Source: Nitrospirota bacterium (GTDB lineage Bacteria > Nitrospirota > UBA9217). From it: a stretch of 24,000 nucleotides of DNA. Where the stretch lies: contig CAWFSF010000005.1 of the NCBI GenBank assembly GCA_963818475.1, forward strand, positions 555,873-579,872, in the 5' to 3' direction. The position numbers and the translations under genes were made by a program. Shown here piece by piece: positions 1 to 8,904 of this stretch (position 1 is its first letter; every line of letters begins with the position of its first letter). Under the pieces are notes generated by a model. The model saw nothing but the letters and a program-made list of their open reading frames with translations, was not told the origin of the DNA and searched no databases.

Positions 1-1469
1 GCAGCCGGTTCCCGCAAGCGCGACGATGCAGGCAAGACCATAGTAAAGATACTCCCTCGTCCAACTTCGCTTTCCACCCATACCCTGCCTCCGTGATCCT
101 GTACGATATGTTTGACGATCGCCAGCCCGAGGCCGGTCCCCTGCAGCTTGTGCGCGCCGGCGACAACAGCCTGACGGTACTTGTCGAAAATGACCGCGGC
201 ATGCTCCGGCGGGATGCCGGGCCCCGTGTCCGTTACCGATATGGCCACGCCGTTCCCGTCCGGGCGGGAGGCAATGGTCACGGTCCCGCCCCGGGGCGTG
301 AATTTCAATGCATTGCCGATCAGGTTCCGCAGCGCCTGCAGGAAGCGCTCGGCATCGAGCGGCACCAACGGCAGGGCGTGCAGGTCCTTTTCGACCGTGA
401 TGCGCTTCGCCTCCGCCAGGGGAGTGACCTCCTTAATGGCCCGCAGCACCAGCGGATTAAGGTCGGTTGTCGAAAAATTGTACGCCACCATGCCCGCTTC
501 GAGCTTTGCAATATCGAGCAGGGAGTTGACGAGGTCGATGAGCCGGTTGCTCTCCTCGGCGATGATCGACAGGATCTTCTTCTGCTTTTCCGTTACCTCG
601 CCGACCTGCCCCTCAAGGAACAGGTTCGTGCCCTCCTTGATCGACGTCAGGGGCGTGCGCAGTTCGTGCGACATGAGGGCGTAGAAATCGGATTTCATTT
701 TGTCCACGGTCTTCAGCTTCTCGCACATCAGGTTGAAGGACTCGCCCAGGGCGGCGATCTCGGGCGGGGAGGTCAGGGCGAGGTCGCCTTCGTAGATCCC
801 GCTGCTGATCTCCGCGGTCTTCCGCTTCATCACGGCAAGCGGCGTGGTGATGCTCGCCGTGATGATGAGGGAAAGCACCACGCCGAAAATGAGGGCCGCC
901 GAGGTCGTCACCATGGCAGCATTGATCGCCCGGACGCCGGCCTTGTTCAATTGGTGCACCTTGCTGAAGATGCTCTTCTGGCTCAGGACCCTGACCTGCA
1001 GCAGCTCGCTCATCAGGGAGTCCACGGCTTTTTCCTTCGCTTCATTGAACCGGGCCGCGTCGTACTTCTTCCCGGACTGGATATAGCCGGCCTCCTCGTT
1101 GAACAGCGCCTGATAGAACCGGTGGAAATTCAGGACCCGCAGAATGACGGCCCGCATTTCGGCGGTATCCGCTATCCGTGCCGCCTCGTCGAGATACTGC
1201 TCGAACTCCGTCCGGGAGGCGAGGAAATTATCGTACAGGGCCTGGTCGCGCAATATCGTGTACTTTTTGTCGTACCGCGTCTCCGACAGCAGGGCGTCGG
1301 ACAATTTGTTGTGGAGGTCCAGAAAGGGGTTGTCCACGAGGATGATGGAATGGGTGACGTCGCGCATCTGCCCGAGTTGGATGATGGCGTACACACTGAC
1401 GCCGGTGGCCAGGACCAGGACGACCACGTACCCGACCATTAATCTGAAAAAAATACTCCGCTTCTTCAT
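1..1469 (-). CDS. Sensor histidine kinase (TM-HAMP-HisKA-HATPase_c); the C-terminus runs off the window start
   Basis: This ORF is absent from the ORF track because it has no stop in the window. Manual minus-strand translation from the ATG (complement of 1467-1469) gives MKKRSIFFRLMVGYVVVLVLATG... It has the H-box SHELRTPLTSI, the N-box NLIGNALKFT, and the G-boxes DTGPGIP and GTGLGLAIVK. The frame stays open to base 1. The plus-strand ORF 93..1442 is its antisense shadow. Confidence 0.9.
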   Translation of the reverse strand, partial: MKKRSIFFRLMVGYVVVLVLATGVSVYAIIQLGQMRDVTHSIILVDNPFLDLHNKLSDALLSETRYDKKYTILRDQALYDNFLASRTEFEQYLDEAARIADTAEMRAVILRVLNFHRFYQALFNEEAGYIQSGKKYDAARFNEAKEKAVDSLMSELLQVRVLSQKSIFSKVHQLNKAGVRAINAAMVTTSAALIFGVVLSLIITASITTPLAVMKRKTAEISSGIYEGDLALTSPPEIAALGESFNLMCEKLKTVDKMKSDFYALMSHELRTPLTSIKEGTNLFLEGQVGEVTEKQKKILSIIAEESNRLIDLVNSLLDIAKLEAGMVAYNFSTTDLNPLVLRAIKEVTPLAEAKRITVEKDLHALPLVPLDAERFLQALRNLIGNALKFTPRGGTVTIASRPDGNGVAISVTDTGPGIPPEHAAVIFDKYRQAVVAGAHKLQGTGLGLAIVKHIVQDHGGRVWVESEVGRGSIFTMVLPASSRLREPA

Positions 1470-1593
1470 ACAACCTCATCCGTTCTGCACGGTTATAACG
1501 TAAGTATACAACTTGAAAAGGCAGTTGACAGGGATCACTGCGGATAAGATTCGGATACGGAAAACCTGAACAGCCCTGTTGAACCGAAAAAAG

Positions 1594-1688
1594 CATTTGA
1601 CACGTAAGGACGGTTAAGCATACGGATACACACGACCAATTGTCAACCTGATCAAATTAAACTGTTTCCGTTTTACGCGGTGTAAGTG
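1594..1688. repeat. Degenerate copy of the intergenic palindromic element family (E1)
   Basis: The left end AAAAAAGCATTTGACAC is almost identical to the left end of the 8101 copy (AAAAAAGCATTTGGACAC). The right end GCGGTGTAAGTG is a decayed inverse of it. The interior carries ACGGATA / CGGTTAAG motifs. Confidence 0.4.
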
Positions 1689-1750
1689 GGATATGGCAGT
1701 GAATTCGGTTCGGTGATAGGGCGCATGGCCGGACAGGCGGAGGCGCCTGA

Positions 1751-2461
1751 TCAGAACAAACGGGAAAGCAGGGCGGGCACAGCGGTCTCGACGTTCAGGA
1801 TCCGCTGTCCGAGGCTTACCAGCGTACATCCAGCAGCCCTCAGTTTTTCGATCTCATAGGGGATAAAACCTCCCTCAGGCCCGATGATAAGGGTCGCGGC
1901 CCCGCTGAGGCCGCGGGGACAGGGCGCGTCTGCCGCCGGGTGCGCCACCAGGGGGGCGGTATTCCGGATCAGGACGGGAAGCTCGTCCTCCACAAAAGGC
2001 TTGAACTGACGCCGGAGCATGACGGCGGGAAGGACCGTATCGCGTGCCTGCTCCAGGCCGAGCGCCAGCTGTTCGTTGATCGCCTCCTGCTCAAGGAAGG
2101 GGCTCTGCCAGAAGCTCTTTTCCACGCGGAAGCAGTTGAGCAGCATGATCCGCTTCACCCCGAGCGTTGCTGCGGACCGGAGCACGCGCCGCAGCACCTT
2201 GGGCCGCGGCAGCGCCAGGATGAGCGTTGCAGGAAGCGGCACCGGCGGCGCCTGATCCAATCGCACGTCCATTTCAAGGACCGCATCATCGAGCGCCGTC
2301 ACTCTGCCAATGCCGATGTTCCCGTTCAAAAGCCCGACGCAGAGCTCGTCGTTGACGGACACGCGCAGAACCTCCCGCACGTGCCTGAGGCGGCGGCCGG
2401 TGAGCCGCACGCGGCCGGTGGTATCAATAAAGTCTTCTTTAAAAAGGAGGATGAGATTCAT
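1751..2461 (-). CDS. rsmE: 16S rRNA (uracil1498-N3)-methyltransferase RsmE
   Basis: The 236-aa ORF has the RsmE pattern. The N-terminal PUA-like part is MNLILLFKEDF...GRVRLTGRRLRHVREVLRV. The C-terminal SPOUT part is LIIGPEGGF..YEIEKL...G...VSLGQRILNVETA. Confidence 0.9.
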   Translation of the reverse strand: MNLILLFKEDFIDTTGRVRLTGRRLRHVREVLRVSVNDELCVGLLNGNIGIGRVTALDDAVLEMDVRLDQAPPVPLPATLILALPRPKVLRRVLRSAATLGVKRIMLLNCFRVEKSFWQSPFLEQEAINEQLALGLEQARDTVLPAVMLRRQFKPFVEDELPVLIRNTAPLVAHPAADAPCPRGLSGAATLIIGPEGGFIPYEIEKLRAAGCTLVSLGQRILNVETAVPALLSRLF

Positions 2462-2465
2462 GGTT

Positions 2466-2559
2466 CAAGATGCAAGATTCATGATGCATGATGGCAACTC
2501 AGAACCGAGCTGTTGGATTTCTTTTACCGATGTAAGTCCTGCATCCTGCATCCTCTTCC
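2466..2559. repeat. Possible variant of the palindromic intergenic element (E2), built from GATGCA / TGCATC units
   Basis: The left arm contains GATGCAAGATTCATGATGCATGATGG. The right arm contains CCTGCATCCTGCATCC, the inverse complement of tandem GGATGCA units. It fills the rsmE-arfB gap. Confidence 0.3.
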
Positions 2560-2569
2560 CTGCCCCCTA

Positions 2570-2989
2570 TCACTCAGAATATGCCGCGCTCCGCATCTTC
2601 TTGACACTGCCCCGCTGCTTCTTAGCCTCGATGCGTTTTTCCTTCGACGCTTTTGACGGCTTGGTCTTTTTTCGCGGCTTCGGCCGCTCCGTTGCTTTCC
2701 GGATCAGCTCCACGAGCCGTGCGATGGCGTCTTCGCGGTTCCGCTCCTGGGTGCGGTGCTGCCGCGCCTCGATGATGAGGATGCCTTCCTGCGTGATGCG
2801 CCTGCCTGCCAGACGGATCAGGCGCGTCCGCACATCCCCGGGAAGGGAGGGCGAATTGCCCACATCGAACCGGAGCTGCACTGCCGTTGAGACCTTGTTC
2901 ACGTTCTGGCCGCCCGGGCCCGAGGCCCGGATGAACTGCAGCTCGATCTCGCGCTCTTCAAGCGCTATGTTCCGCGTCACCTGGATCAT
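2570..2989 (-). CDS. arfB: Alternative ribosome-rescue factor ArfB (YaeJ-type peptidyl-tRNA hydrolase)
   Basis: The GGQ motif is present in RASGPGGQNVNKVSTAVQLRFD, followed by a Lys/Arg-rich C-terminal tail. I chose the start at internal Met48 of the 186-aa ORF (MIQVTRNIALE...), which is preceded by a GGAGGA Shine-Dalgarno. The upstream part of the ORF runs through repeat E3. Confidence 0.9.
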   Translation of the reverse strand: MIQVTRNIALEEREIELQFIRASGPGGQNVNKVSTAVQLRFDVGNSPSLPGDVRTRLIRLAGRRITQEGILIIEARQHRTQERNREDAIARLVELIRKATERPKPRKKTKPSKASKEKRIEAKKQRGSVKKMRSAAYSE

Positions 2990-3034
2990 GTTCCTCCTGC
3001 GATATCTCTGTTCGAATAAGATTGAAAAGAGCAG

Positions 3035-3176
3035 TTGGACGCAGATAAAATCTGATGAACGCAGATAAAGACAGACAAAAAAAATTACTACTAAATGAAG
3101 ACTCAACCTTTGTGGTGAAAGTTCTTTCACCTGAATGCCTGGTTTTATCTGCGAAAATCTGTGATAATCTGCGTCC
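3035..3176. repeat. Palindromic intergenic element (E3), GCAGATAA-motif variant
   Basis: The termini TTGGACGCAGAT (3035-3046) and ATCTGCGTCC (3167-3176) are inverted repeats. The arms carry repeated CGCAGATAAA / TTTATCTGCG units. A central 8-bp hairpin GGTGAAAG-ttc-CTTTCACC lies at 3113-3131. Confidence 0.6.
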
Positions 3177-3250
3177 TACTGTCGTTTTAGAATGATGCCA
3201 GTATACCCGGTTACTACCGGCATGGCAAGACTGGCAGCTGCCGCTCGAAC

Positions 3251-3283
3251 TGAAAAGAAAGGCAGCCTCCGTGGGCTGCCTTT
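3251..3283 (-). terminator. Rho-independent terminator downstream of the acyl-CoA synthetase gene
   Basis: The stem AAAGGCAGCC / GGCTGCCTTT (3258-3267 / 3274-3283) has the loop TCCGTG. On the minus strand it is followed by TTTCTTTTC. Confidence 0.55.
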
Positions 3284-3334
3284 GTCTAACAAATGATCCC
3301 GAATTTTTTTATCAGGTGAAACCGAAGCTAAGAC

Positions 3335-3441
3335 CTTTGACACTGATAACGGCGGATTTATTTATGATTAAGGCGGACACGAGAAGGACGTTGACGTATC
3401 TGTGAAAATCCGATTTTTATCAGATTTGATCCGTGTCAAAG
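3335..3441. repeat. Palindromic intergenic element (E4), CGGAT-motif type
   Basis: The terminal inverted repeats are CTTTGACAC (3335-3343) and GTGTCAAAG (3433-3441). The arms are CTGATAACGGCGGATTT and AAAATCCGATTTTTATCAG. It lies in the 3' UTR between the acyl-CoA synthetase stop codon and its terminator. Confidence 0.65.
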
Positions 3442-3474
3442 ACTTCTTTCGGTTTCGGTCCTCCGAAGATCCGT

Positions 3475-5009
3475 TCAGCCGTGATGCTTCATTTCCGTGG
3501 CGAGATACAGTTTCCGGATCTCTTTCTTCAGGATCTTGCCTGTTGCGGTCCGCGGCAGCTCGTCGATCATCAGGAAGCGGCGCGGGATCTTATAGTGGGC
3601 CACATGCTCGGAAAGGAACTCGCGGAATTCTCTGGGCGTCGCCTGGCTGCCCGTCCTTCTGTACGACGTACATGATCGGGATCTCTTTGTCCTCGCCGTG
3701 CAGTACGCCGATCATGGCGCAGTCCTTGACCGCGCTGTGGCGGTACAGCACTTCTTCGACCTCGAAGGGGTAGACATTCAGGCCGTCGACGATGATCATG
3801 TCCTTTTTCCGGTCGATGATCTTGATATACCCGTCCTCATCGAGCGCTGCGATGTCGCCCGTAGAGAGCCAGTTGTCGCGGATGGCCTTGGCGGTGTCTT
3901 CCGGCCGGTTCAGGTACCCGGTCATCACGTTCGGGCCTTTCACCAGCAGCTCGCCCGGCACGCCCGCGGCAAGGGGCTTGCCCTCATCGTCCACGACCCG
4001 CACCTCGATGCCGGGCAGCGGCAGGCCGACCGTGCCGGGCCTCCGCCTGCCATGGTCGTCGGGATTGATCGACACGACCGGCGACGCCTCGGTCAGGCCA
4101 TAACCTTCGAGCAGCGGGACCTTGAAGGCGGCTTCGAAGTCCCTGATCACCTTCACCGGCAGCGGTGCAGCGCCGGAAACGCAGAGCCGCAGGTTCAGCA
4201 GCATCTTGACCAGGAAGGGCATGTTCTTCTCCGCCAGGATCTTGTAGACCGTGGGGATCGCGACGAACAGCGTGATCCGGTCCAGGATGAGGCGCTTCAC
4301 GACGCGCGAGAAGGGCCGGACCGCCGGCAGGAGCGAGATGAGCGACCCCGTGACGAGCGGTATAACGACGCAGACGGTAAAGGTGAACGAGTGGAACAGC
4401 GGCAGAAAAACGACGAACCGGTCCTTGTGGGAAATATGGATCGCCGCGGCGCAGGCGAGCGCGTTCGCCATGATGTTCCGGTGCGTCAGGAGCGCGCCCT
4501 TGGGGCTGCCGGTGGTGCCGGACGTATAGAGAATGGTCGAGAGGTCGTCGACGCCGTGCACGGGTGCAGGCACGATCGGCATGGCCCCGCCAGCGGCGCT
4601 CGCAACGTCGCCCAGCAGGACATAGGAGCGGGAGCTTTTCCCCCTGAGCTTCTCGACGGTGCCGCTGCATTCGCGGTCGAAAAAGCAGGTCTCTGCGCCT
4701 GCATCGTTCAGGATAAAGTCGATCTCTTCATGCGTCAGGAGGTTGTTCAGCGGCAGGACAATGCCGCCTGCCCGGATGATACCAAAGTAGGCCGCCACGT
4801 AATGCGGATTGTTCTGGGAGAGGAGCGCCACCCGGTCGCCCGCGCCTCGAACCTTGTCCAAGGAGGTAGGCCGCGTAAACTCCCGCGAGCCGGTCCATCT
4901 CCTGAAAGGAGAAAGCGGCGCCTTCGAACTTGATGAAGGTCTTGCGGCCGGAGAGCCGGGCCCGTTGCTGCAGCAACTGGTCAAGGGGAAGCAGTTCCTT
5001 AATCATCAT
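3475..5009 (-). pseudogene. Long-chain acyl-CoA synthetase / AMP-dependent ligase (FadD-like), reading frame broken twice
   Basis: The AMP-binding motif is YTSGTTGSPKGALLTH and a later motif is GELLVKGPNVMTGYLNRPEDT. The true N-terminus MMIKELLPLDQLLQQRARLSGRKTFIKFEGAAFSFQEMDRLAGVYAAYLL lies in the frame of ORF 4728..5108, so there is a shift near 4860. The true C-terminus ATPREFREFLSEHVAHYKIPRRFLMIDELPRTATGKILKKEIRKLYLATEMKHHG* lies in a third frame and ends at 3475, so there is a second shift near 3640. Confidence 0.85.
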
Positions 5010-5098
5010 GGCGCGAAGTATAGCATAGTCCCCCTGTAAGGTGAAACAAAAAAGCGCAGAAACGCATTCGCCGCCCGTGCCGCAAGGCACGTAGCCCC

Positions 5099-5127
5099 TT
5101 GACATCATACAAGACTTGTTCTATCCT
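5099..5127 (+). promoter_or_regulatory. Putative sigma70 promoter of tpx
   Basis: TTGACA (5099-5104), a 17-nt spacer, then TATCCT (5122-5127), about 55 nt upstream of the tpx start. Confidence 0.5.
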
Positions 5128-5181
5128 AATTATAGGACATGCCGAACGCTCAATGGCTATGTGCTTTCAGGAGGTGGCAGT

Positions 5182-5712
5182 ATGGAGAGAAAAGGGATCA
5201 TAACCATGAGGGGAAAAGCGTTGACCCTGATCGGGCCGGACCTGACGATCGGCGCCAAAGCGCCCGATTTCAGTGCGCTGGACAAGGACCTGCAGGAAGT
5301 AAAATTGAGCGATTATGCAGGCAAGATCAAGGTGATCAGCGTGACACCATCGCTGGATACTCCGGTCTGCGACCTGCAGGCGCGGCGGTTCAACCACGAA
5401 GCGTCCCTGCTGCCGTCGGATATCGTGGTGCTGAACATCAGCATGGACCTGCCCTTCGCCATCGCGCGGTTCTGCACCATCGCCGGGATCGAAAAGATCA
5501 TAGCGCTGTCGGACCACCGGGACGGTTCTTTCGGCGAAGCCTACGGCGTCCTGATCAAGGAGCTCCGCCTGCTCGCCCGCTCGGTCTTTATCCTGGACAA
5601 GGATGACATCGTGCGCTACCGGGAGATCGTACCGGAGCAAACCAACCATCCGGATTATGAAATGGCGCTCAAAGCGCTGGCTGCCCTGACGGGGGTGGCA
5701 AAGGCGGCGTGA
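5182..5712 (+). CDS. tpx: Thiol peroxidase (atypical 2-Cys peroxiredoxin Tpx)
   Basis: Tpx-like sequence: [48 protein letters not shown]...FCTIAGIE. I chose the start at MERKGIIT (ATG 5182), which follows a GGAGGTGG Shine-Dalgarno. Confidence 0.9.
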   Translation: MERKGIITMRGKALTLIGPDLTIGAKAPDFSALDKDLQEVKLSDYAGKIKVISVTPSLDTPVCDLQARRFNHEASLLPSDIVVLNISMDLPFAIARFCTIAGIEKIIALSDHRDGSFGEAYGVLIKELRLLARSVFILDKDDIVRYREIVPEQTNHPDYEMALKALAALTGVAKAA

Positions 5713-5987
5713 GTGCGGGCGTGCGGAAATAAAAAAAGGCAGGTTCCGCTGGTACGGAGCCTGCCTGAAGTGTGTAGCTGTGGTCCTAGAGCTTTTACGA
5801 CATTTGCCGCTTTGGGGCCTTTGGGGCTGTCAACGACATCAAAGGTCACACTCTGACCTTCGGCCAGCGACTTAAAGCCGCTGTCCTGGATGTCGGAGAA
5901 ATGGACGAACACATCTCCGCCGTCTTCCTTGGTAATGAATCCAAAGCCCTTGGCGTCATTGAACCATTTCACGGTTCCATTTGCCAT
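5655..5987 (-). CDS. CspA-family cold-shock protein; the ORF as sequenced reads through its own terminator, so a 3'-terminal frameshift is likely
   Basis: The sequence [63 protein letters not shown] carries the RNP1 motif KGFGFI and the RNP2 motif VFVHF. An AAGGAGG Shine-Dalgarno precedes ATG 5987. A normal Csp of about 66 aa would stop near 5786, where a TAG sits one base out of frame. The open frame instead continues across the terminator hairpin to 5655. Confidence 0.85.
   Translation of the reverse strand: MANGTVKWFNDAKGFGFITKEDGGDVFVHFSDIQDSGFKSLAEGQSVTFDVVDSPKGPKAANVVKALGPQLHTSGRLRTSGTCLFLFPHARTHAAFATPVRAASALSAIS
5731..5766 (-). terminator. Rho-independent terminator of the cold-shock gene; its hairpin is shared with the convergent tpx
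   Basis: A 12-bp stem AGGCAGGTTCCG / CGGAGCCTGCCT with one mismatch and the loop CTGGTA. On the minus strand it is followed by TTTTTTT (5731-5737). Confidence 0.75.
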
Positions 5988-6045
5988 TCCAGTCTGAACC
6001 TCCTTCTGTGAAATTTGAAGATAACGGAACTGTGGCACAAATAAA

Positions 6046-6069
6046 GCCGCAAAGAGGTGTCTTTGCGGC
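6046..6069 (-). promoter_or_regulatory. Stable hairpin in the cold-shock gene 5' leader
   Basis: On the minus strand the stem is GCCGCAAAGA-cacc-TCTTTGCGGC (10 bp), followed by TTTATTTGTG. It lies about 60 nt upstream of the csp start codon. Confidence 0.4.
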
Positions 6070-6219
6070 CTGCTGTGTAACAAAGACTTCCGAACTTCGA
6101 GACATATTTTTTCATACCGGAAAATAAAAGTCAAGAATTTTTATCTCCCGGACGGTTTGGACGAACGCCGGGCCTCTGGTGTATACTGTAAGGAAATCAC
6201 CGCATCAGGAAGGAGGATC

Positions 6220-8063
6220 ATGGCCGGAAAACGGACAGCAACCTTCGCAAGATCGGACAGACCACGTGGGACCTCACAGCCGCTGTTCAAAAACGACAGC
6301 GACCCGCTCATGGAGAAGAAGCGGAAGCGCGTTGAGAAGCAAAGCTACGCAGTTCATCAACGCCTGGAAGGACCGGACCGACTACCTGGAGGACCCGGTG
6401 GTGCTGCGCCAGGCCCTCGACCAGTACGAAGCATGGAAAGGCCGCTGCGGCACTGACGGCGACGAGGGATACTATTTCTGGCTCAGGACCCAGCAGGACC
6501 AGAACGATCCGAAGCTCAAGGCGCAGTTCAACAAGGTCGAGGCCTTCAGCAAGAAGATCGAGAACGACAGCCAGTTCTTTTATCTGCGCATCGCCCGGAT
6601 CAAGCCGGAACAGCAGCAGAAGTTCCTGCAGCACGAGTCGCTCCGGAAGTACCGCCACTTCCTGGAACGGGTCTTTGCGGAATCGCGGTTCCATCTGAGC
6701 GAACCCGAGGAAAAGATCCTGAACCTCAAGGCTTCGACGTCCTACGCCAACTGGACAAAGATGACCTCGGGCTTCCTGTCAAAAGAGGAGCGCGTCATTG
6801 TTGCCGAGGACGGGACCCGCAAACCGCGTCTCCTTTTCCGAGATCGTGGGGCTCATGAACAGCAGGACGCAAACCGGTCCGGGATGCGGCAGCCGCGGCC
6901 TTCAACGACATCCTGCACAAGCACGTGGAGGTTGCCGAGGCGGAGCTCAACTCGGTGCTCCAGAACAAGAAGATCGATGACGAGCTCCGGGGCACGTCGC
7001 GGCCCGACCAGCTGCGCCATCTGAGCGACGACATCGAGAGCGAGGTCGTGGACACGCTGATCGATTCCGTCTCGAGCCGGTTTACGATATCCTCCCGGTA
7101 CTACGCGCTCAAGGCAAAACTGCTGAAGATCAAAAAGCTCAAGTACCACGAACGGAACGTCGAGTACGGCGAAGTGGCAAAGAAGTACCCCTATCGCACG
7201 GCCGCTGAACCTCGTCCACTCCGTCATGAACAAGCTCGACCCGCAGTTCGGCAGGATCTTCGCCGGGTTCATCGAACACGGCCAGATCGACGCGCTCCCC
7301 AAAAAAGGCAAGGACAGCGGCGCGTTCTGCATCCACCATCTCATGACCCAGCCCACCTACATCCTGCTGAACCACACCGGCACGCTGCACGATGTGCTGA
7401 CCATCGCGCACGAACTGGGTCACGGCATCAACAACGAACTGATCCGTGAAAAGCAGCATGCCCTCGATTTCGGCACCCCGACCTCGACCGCCGAGGTGGC
7501 CAGCACCTTCATGGAGGACTTCGTGCTGGACGAGATCCTGCACACGGCCGACGACGAGCTGCGGCTTGCCATCATGATGCAGAAACTGAACGACGACGTC
7601 TCGTCCATCTTCAGGCAGGTGGCCTGCTATCGCTTCGAGCAGGAGCTGCACCGGGAATACCGCAAGCGGGGATATCTGTCCAAGGAGGAGATCGGGGCGC
7701 TCTTCAGCAAGCACATGGAAGCCTACATGGGACCTGCGGTGGAGCAGTCGGCCGGCGCCGAGAACTGGTGGGTCTACTGGAGCCACATCCGCTACTTCTT
7801 CTACGTCTATTCCTATGCAAGCGGACTTTTGATCTCCAAGTCGCTCCAGGCCGGGGTGAAGAAGGACCCGGCATACATCACGAAGGTAAAGGGTTTTCTT
7901 TCAGCAGGGCTGTCGGACTCCCCGAAGAACATCTTTCTGAAGCTCGGCGTTGACATCGCGGACAGACGAGTTCTGGGACCGGGGGCTGGATCAGGTGGAA
8001 AAGCTGTTGAATGAGACAGAGGCGCTGGCGAAGAAGATGGGGAAGATAAAGGCAGGCCGCTAG
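6220..8063 (+). pseudogene. pepF: M3B-family oligoendopeptidase F (PepF), fragmented by about 7 frameshifts
   Basis: The zinc motif HELGH is present in TIAHELGHGINNEL. PepF-like segments occur in all three plus frames. In order they are: MAGK.., then NLRKIGQTTWDLT, then PLFKNDSDPLMEKKRK, then FINAWKDRTDYLEDPVVLRQALDQYE...EPEEKILNLKASTSYANW, then VSFSEIVGLMNS, then RDAAAAAFNDILHKHVEVAEAEL...YHERNVEYGEVAKKYPY, then MNKLDPQFGRIFAGFIEHGQIDALPKKGKDSGAFC...SPKNIFLKLGVDIAD, then FWDRGLDQVEKLLNETEALAKKMGKIKAGR*. The total span of about 614 codons fits PepF. Confidence 0.9.
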
Positions 8064-8100
8064 GGCGGGCGTATCGGCAAACGCATGACCTTTAAAAAAG

Positions 8101-8242
8101 CATTTGGACACTGATAAAATCGGATAAGAGGCGGATAACGGCGGATTTTTCTTTGACGCGAGGTTCACCCATTAGGTGAGTGCTTTTGCTTTAGAATTTA
8201 TCCGTGTAAATCAGATATTAATCCGCCTCTTCCGTGTCCAGG
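8101..8242. repeat. Palindromic MITE/REP-like intergenic element (E5)
   Basis: By eye it is about 80% identical over its full length to the copy at 12120-12257. The termini are CATTTGGACAC and CCGTGTCCA. The arms hold tandem (C)GGATAA / TTATCCG units. A central hairpin TCACC-catta-GGTGA is present. Confidence 0.75.
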
Positions 8243-8305
8243 TTTTTAGATTGACTGACCCGGACAAGCCGGAACAACCTGGAAGAGCCTACATCAGAGC
8301 AAAAC

Positions 8306-8743
8306 TTAAAACTCGATTAGCGTTGCATCCTTCTCGCGCATATTGTCGGCGATCGTCCAGAACCGTGCCATGCCGTGAGGCAGCCGCAAAAGAATGAACT
8401 CCGGGCTGTCAGCGGTAAAATCCTTGAGGTAGCTCTTTTCCTCGATCAGCTTCTGCTTCTTTTCGCGGTCATCCACGAATTCGATCGTACCGGCGATGCG
8501 CAGCATGATGCCGAAACCCGACGTGAGATAGCAGAGCTCGACCTTCGGATTCCTGACCAGTTGTTTATACACATCCTTGGGCGCGCCGGTCGTGAAGTAT
8601 ATCCTGTCGTCATCAAAGAAGACCGTGAAGAATCCGCGCACGCGCGGCTGGTCAGCCTCAATAGTCGCCAGCATGCAAACGGGGTTCTTTTTGATAAACT
8701 CGACAACATCACGGTATGAAGACATCTGATTCCGTTTCCGCAT
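8306..8743 (-). CDS. Pyridoxamine 5'-phosphate oxidase-family (FMN-binding split-barrel) protein
   Basis: The 145-aa ORF contains NPVCMLATIEADQPRVRGF...DDDRIYFTTGAPKDVYKQLVRNPKVELCY, typical of small PNPOx-like proteins. A GGGAG Shine-Dalgarno lies 5 nt before ATG 8743. Confidence 0.8.
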   Translation of the reverse strand: MRKRNQMSSYRDVVEFIKKNPVCMLATIEADQPRVRGFFTVFFDDDRIYFTTGAPKDVYKQLVRNPKVELCYLTSGFGIMLRIAGTIEFVDDREKKQKLIEEKSYLKDFTADSPEFILLRLPHGMARFWTIADNMREKDATLIEF

Positions 8744-8784
8744 AGAAGCTCCCGACCACGAGACACAGAGAACAGCAAAGACCC

Positions 8785-8860
8785 TTTAACACTGAAAAGC
8801 CATGATGTCTTATGATTACCACGGATACATCATAAAAAATCAGTGAAAATCAGTGTCAAA
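8785..8860. repeat. Palindromic intergenic element (E6), CAGTGAAAA-motif variant
   Basis: The termini TTTAACACTGA (8785-8795) and TCAGTGTCAAA (8850-8860) are inverted with one mismatch. There is an internal 7-bp stem ATGATGT / ACATCAT. Confidence 0.55.
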
Positions 8861-8904
8861 AATGAGATTCGTGTCTTGATGACCGTGGCCCCTTTTTATT
8901 CCAC

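Noticed and set aside
93-1442. A 449-aa plus-strand ORF, plus nested ORFs at 181..684, 844..1086 and 1144..1503
   Set aside because: The composition is Arg/Gly/Asp/His-rich and low in complexity, with no motifs. It lies exactly antisense to a clean histidine-kinase frame, so it is the typical shadow ORF of a GC-rich gene.
2990-3130. An N-terminal 47-aa extension of the ArfB ORF (MKELSPQRLSLHLVV...)
   Set aside because: The extension is encoded by palindromic element E3. It lacks a Shine-Dalgarno, whereas the internal Met has GGAGGA and gives a normal ArfB of about 140 aa.
3698-4933. A 411-aa plus-strand ORF, and other long antisense ORFs (1940..2491, 7139..7786, 9601..10254, 10783..11481, 11307..12047, 18893..19519, 21470..22108, 23041..23685)
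   Set aside because: All lie antisense to CDSs that have clear family motifs. Their translations are Arg/Pro/Gly/Asp-biased and show no recognisable domain.
5731-5766. The tpx/csp intergenic hairpin as another copy of the palindromic element family
   Set aside because: It is a single short GC-rich stem with a T-run, without tandem motif arms or the TTGACAC-type termini. It is an ordinary terminator.
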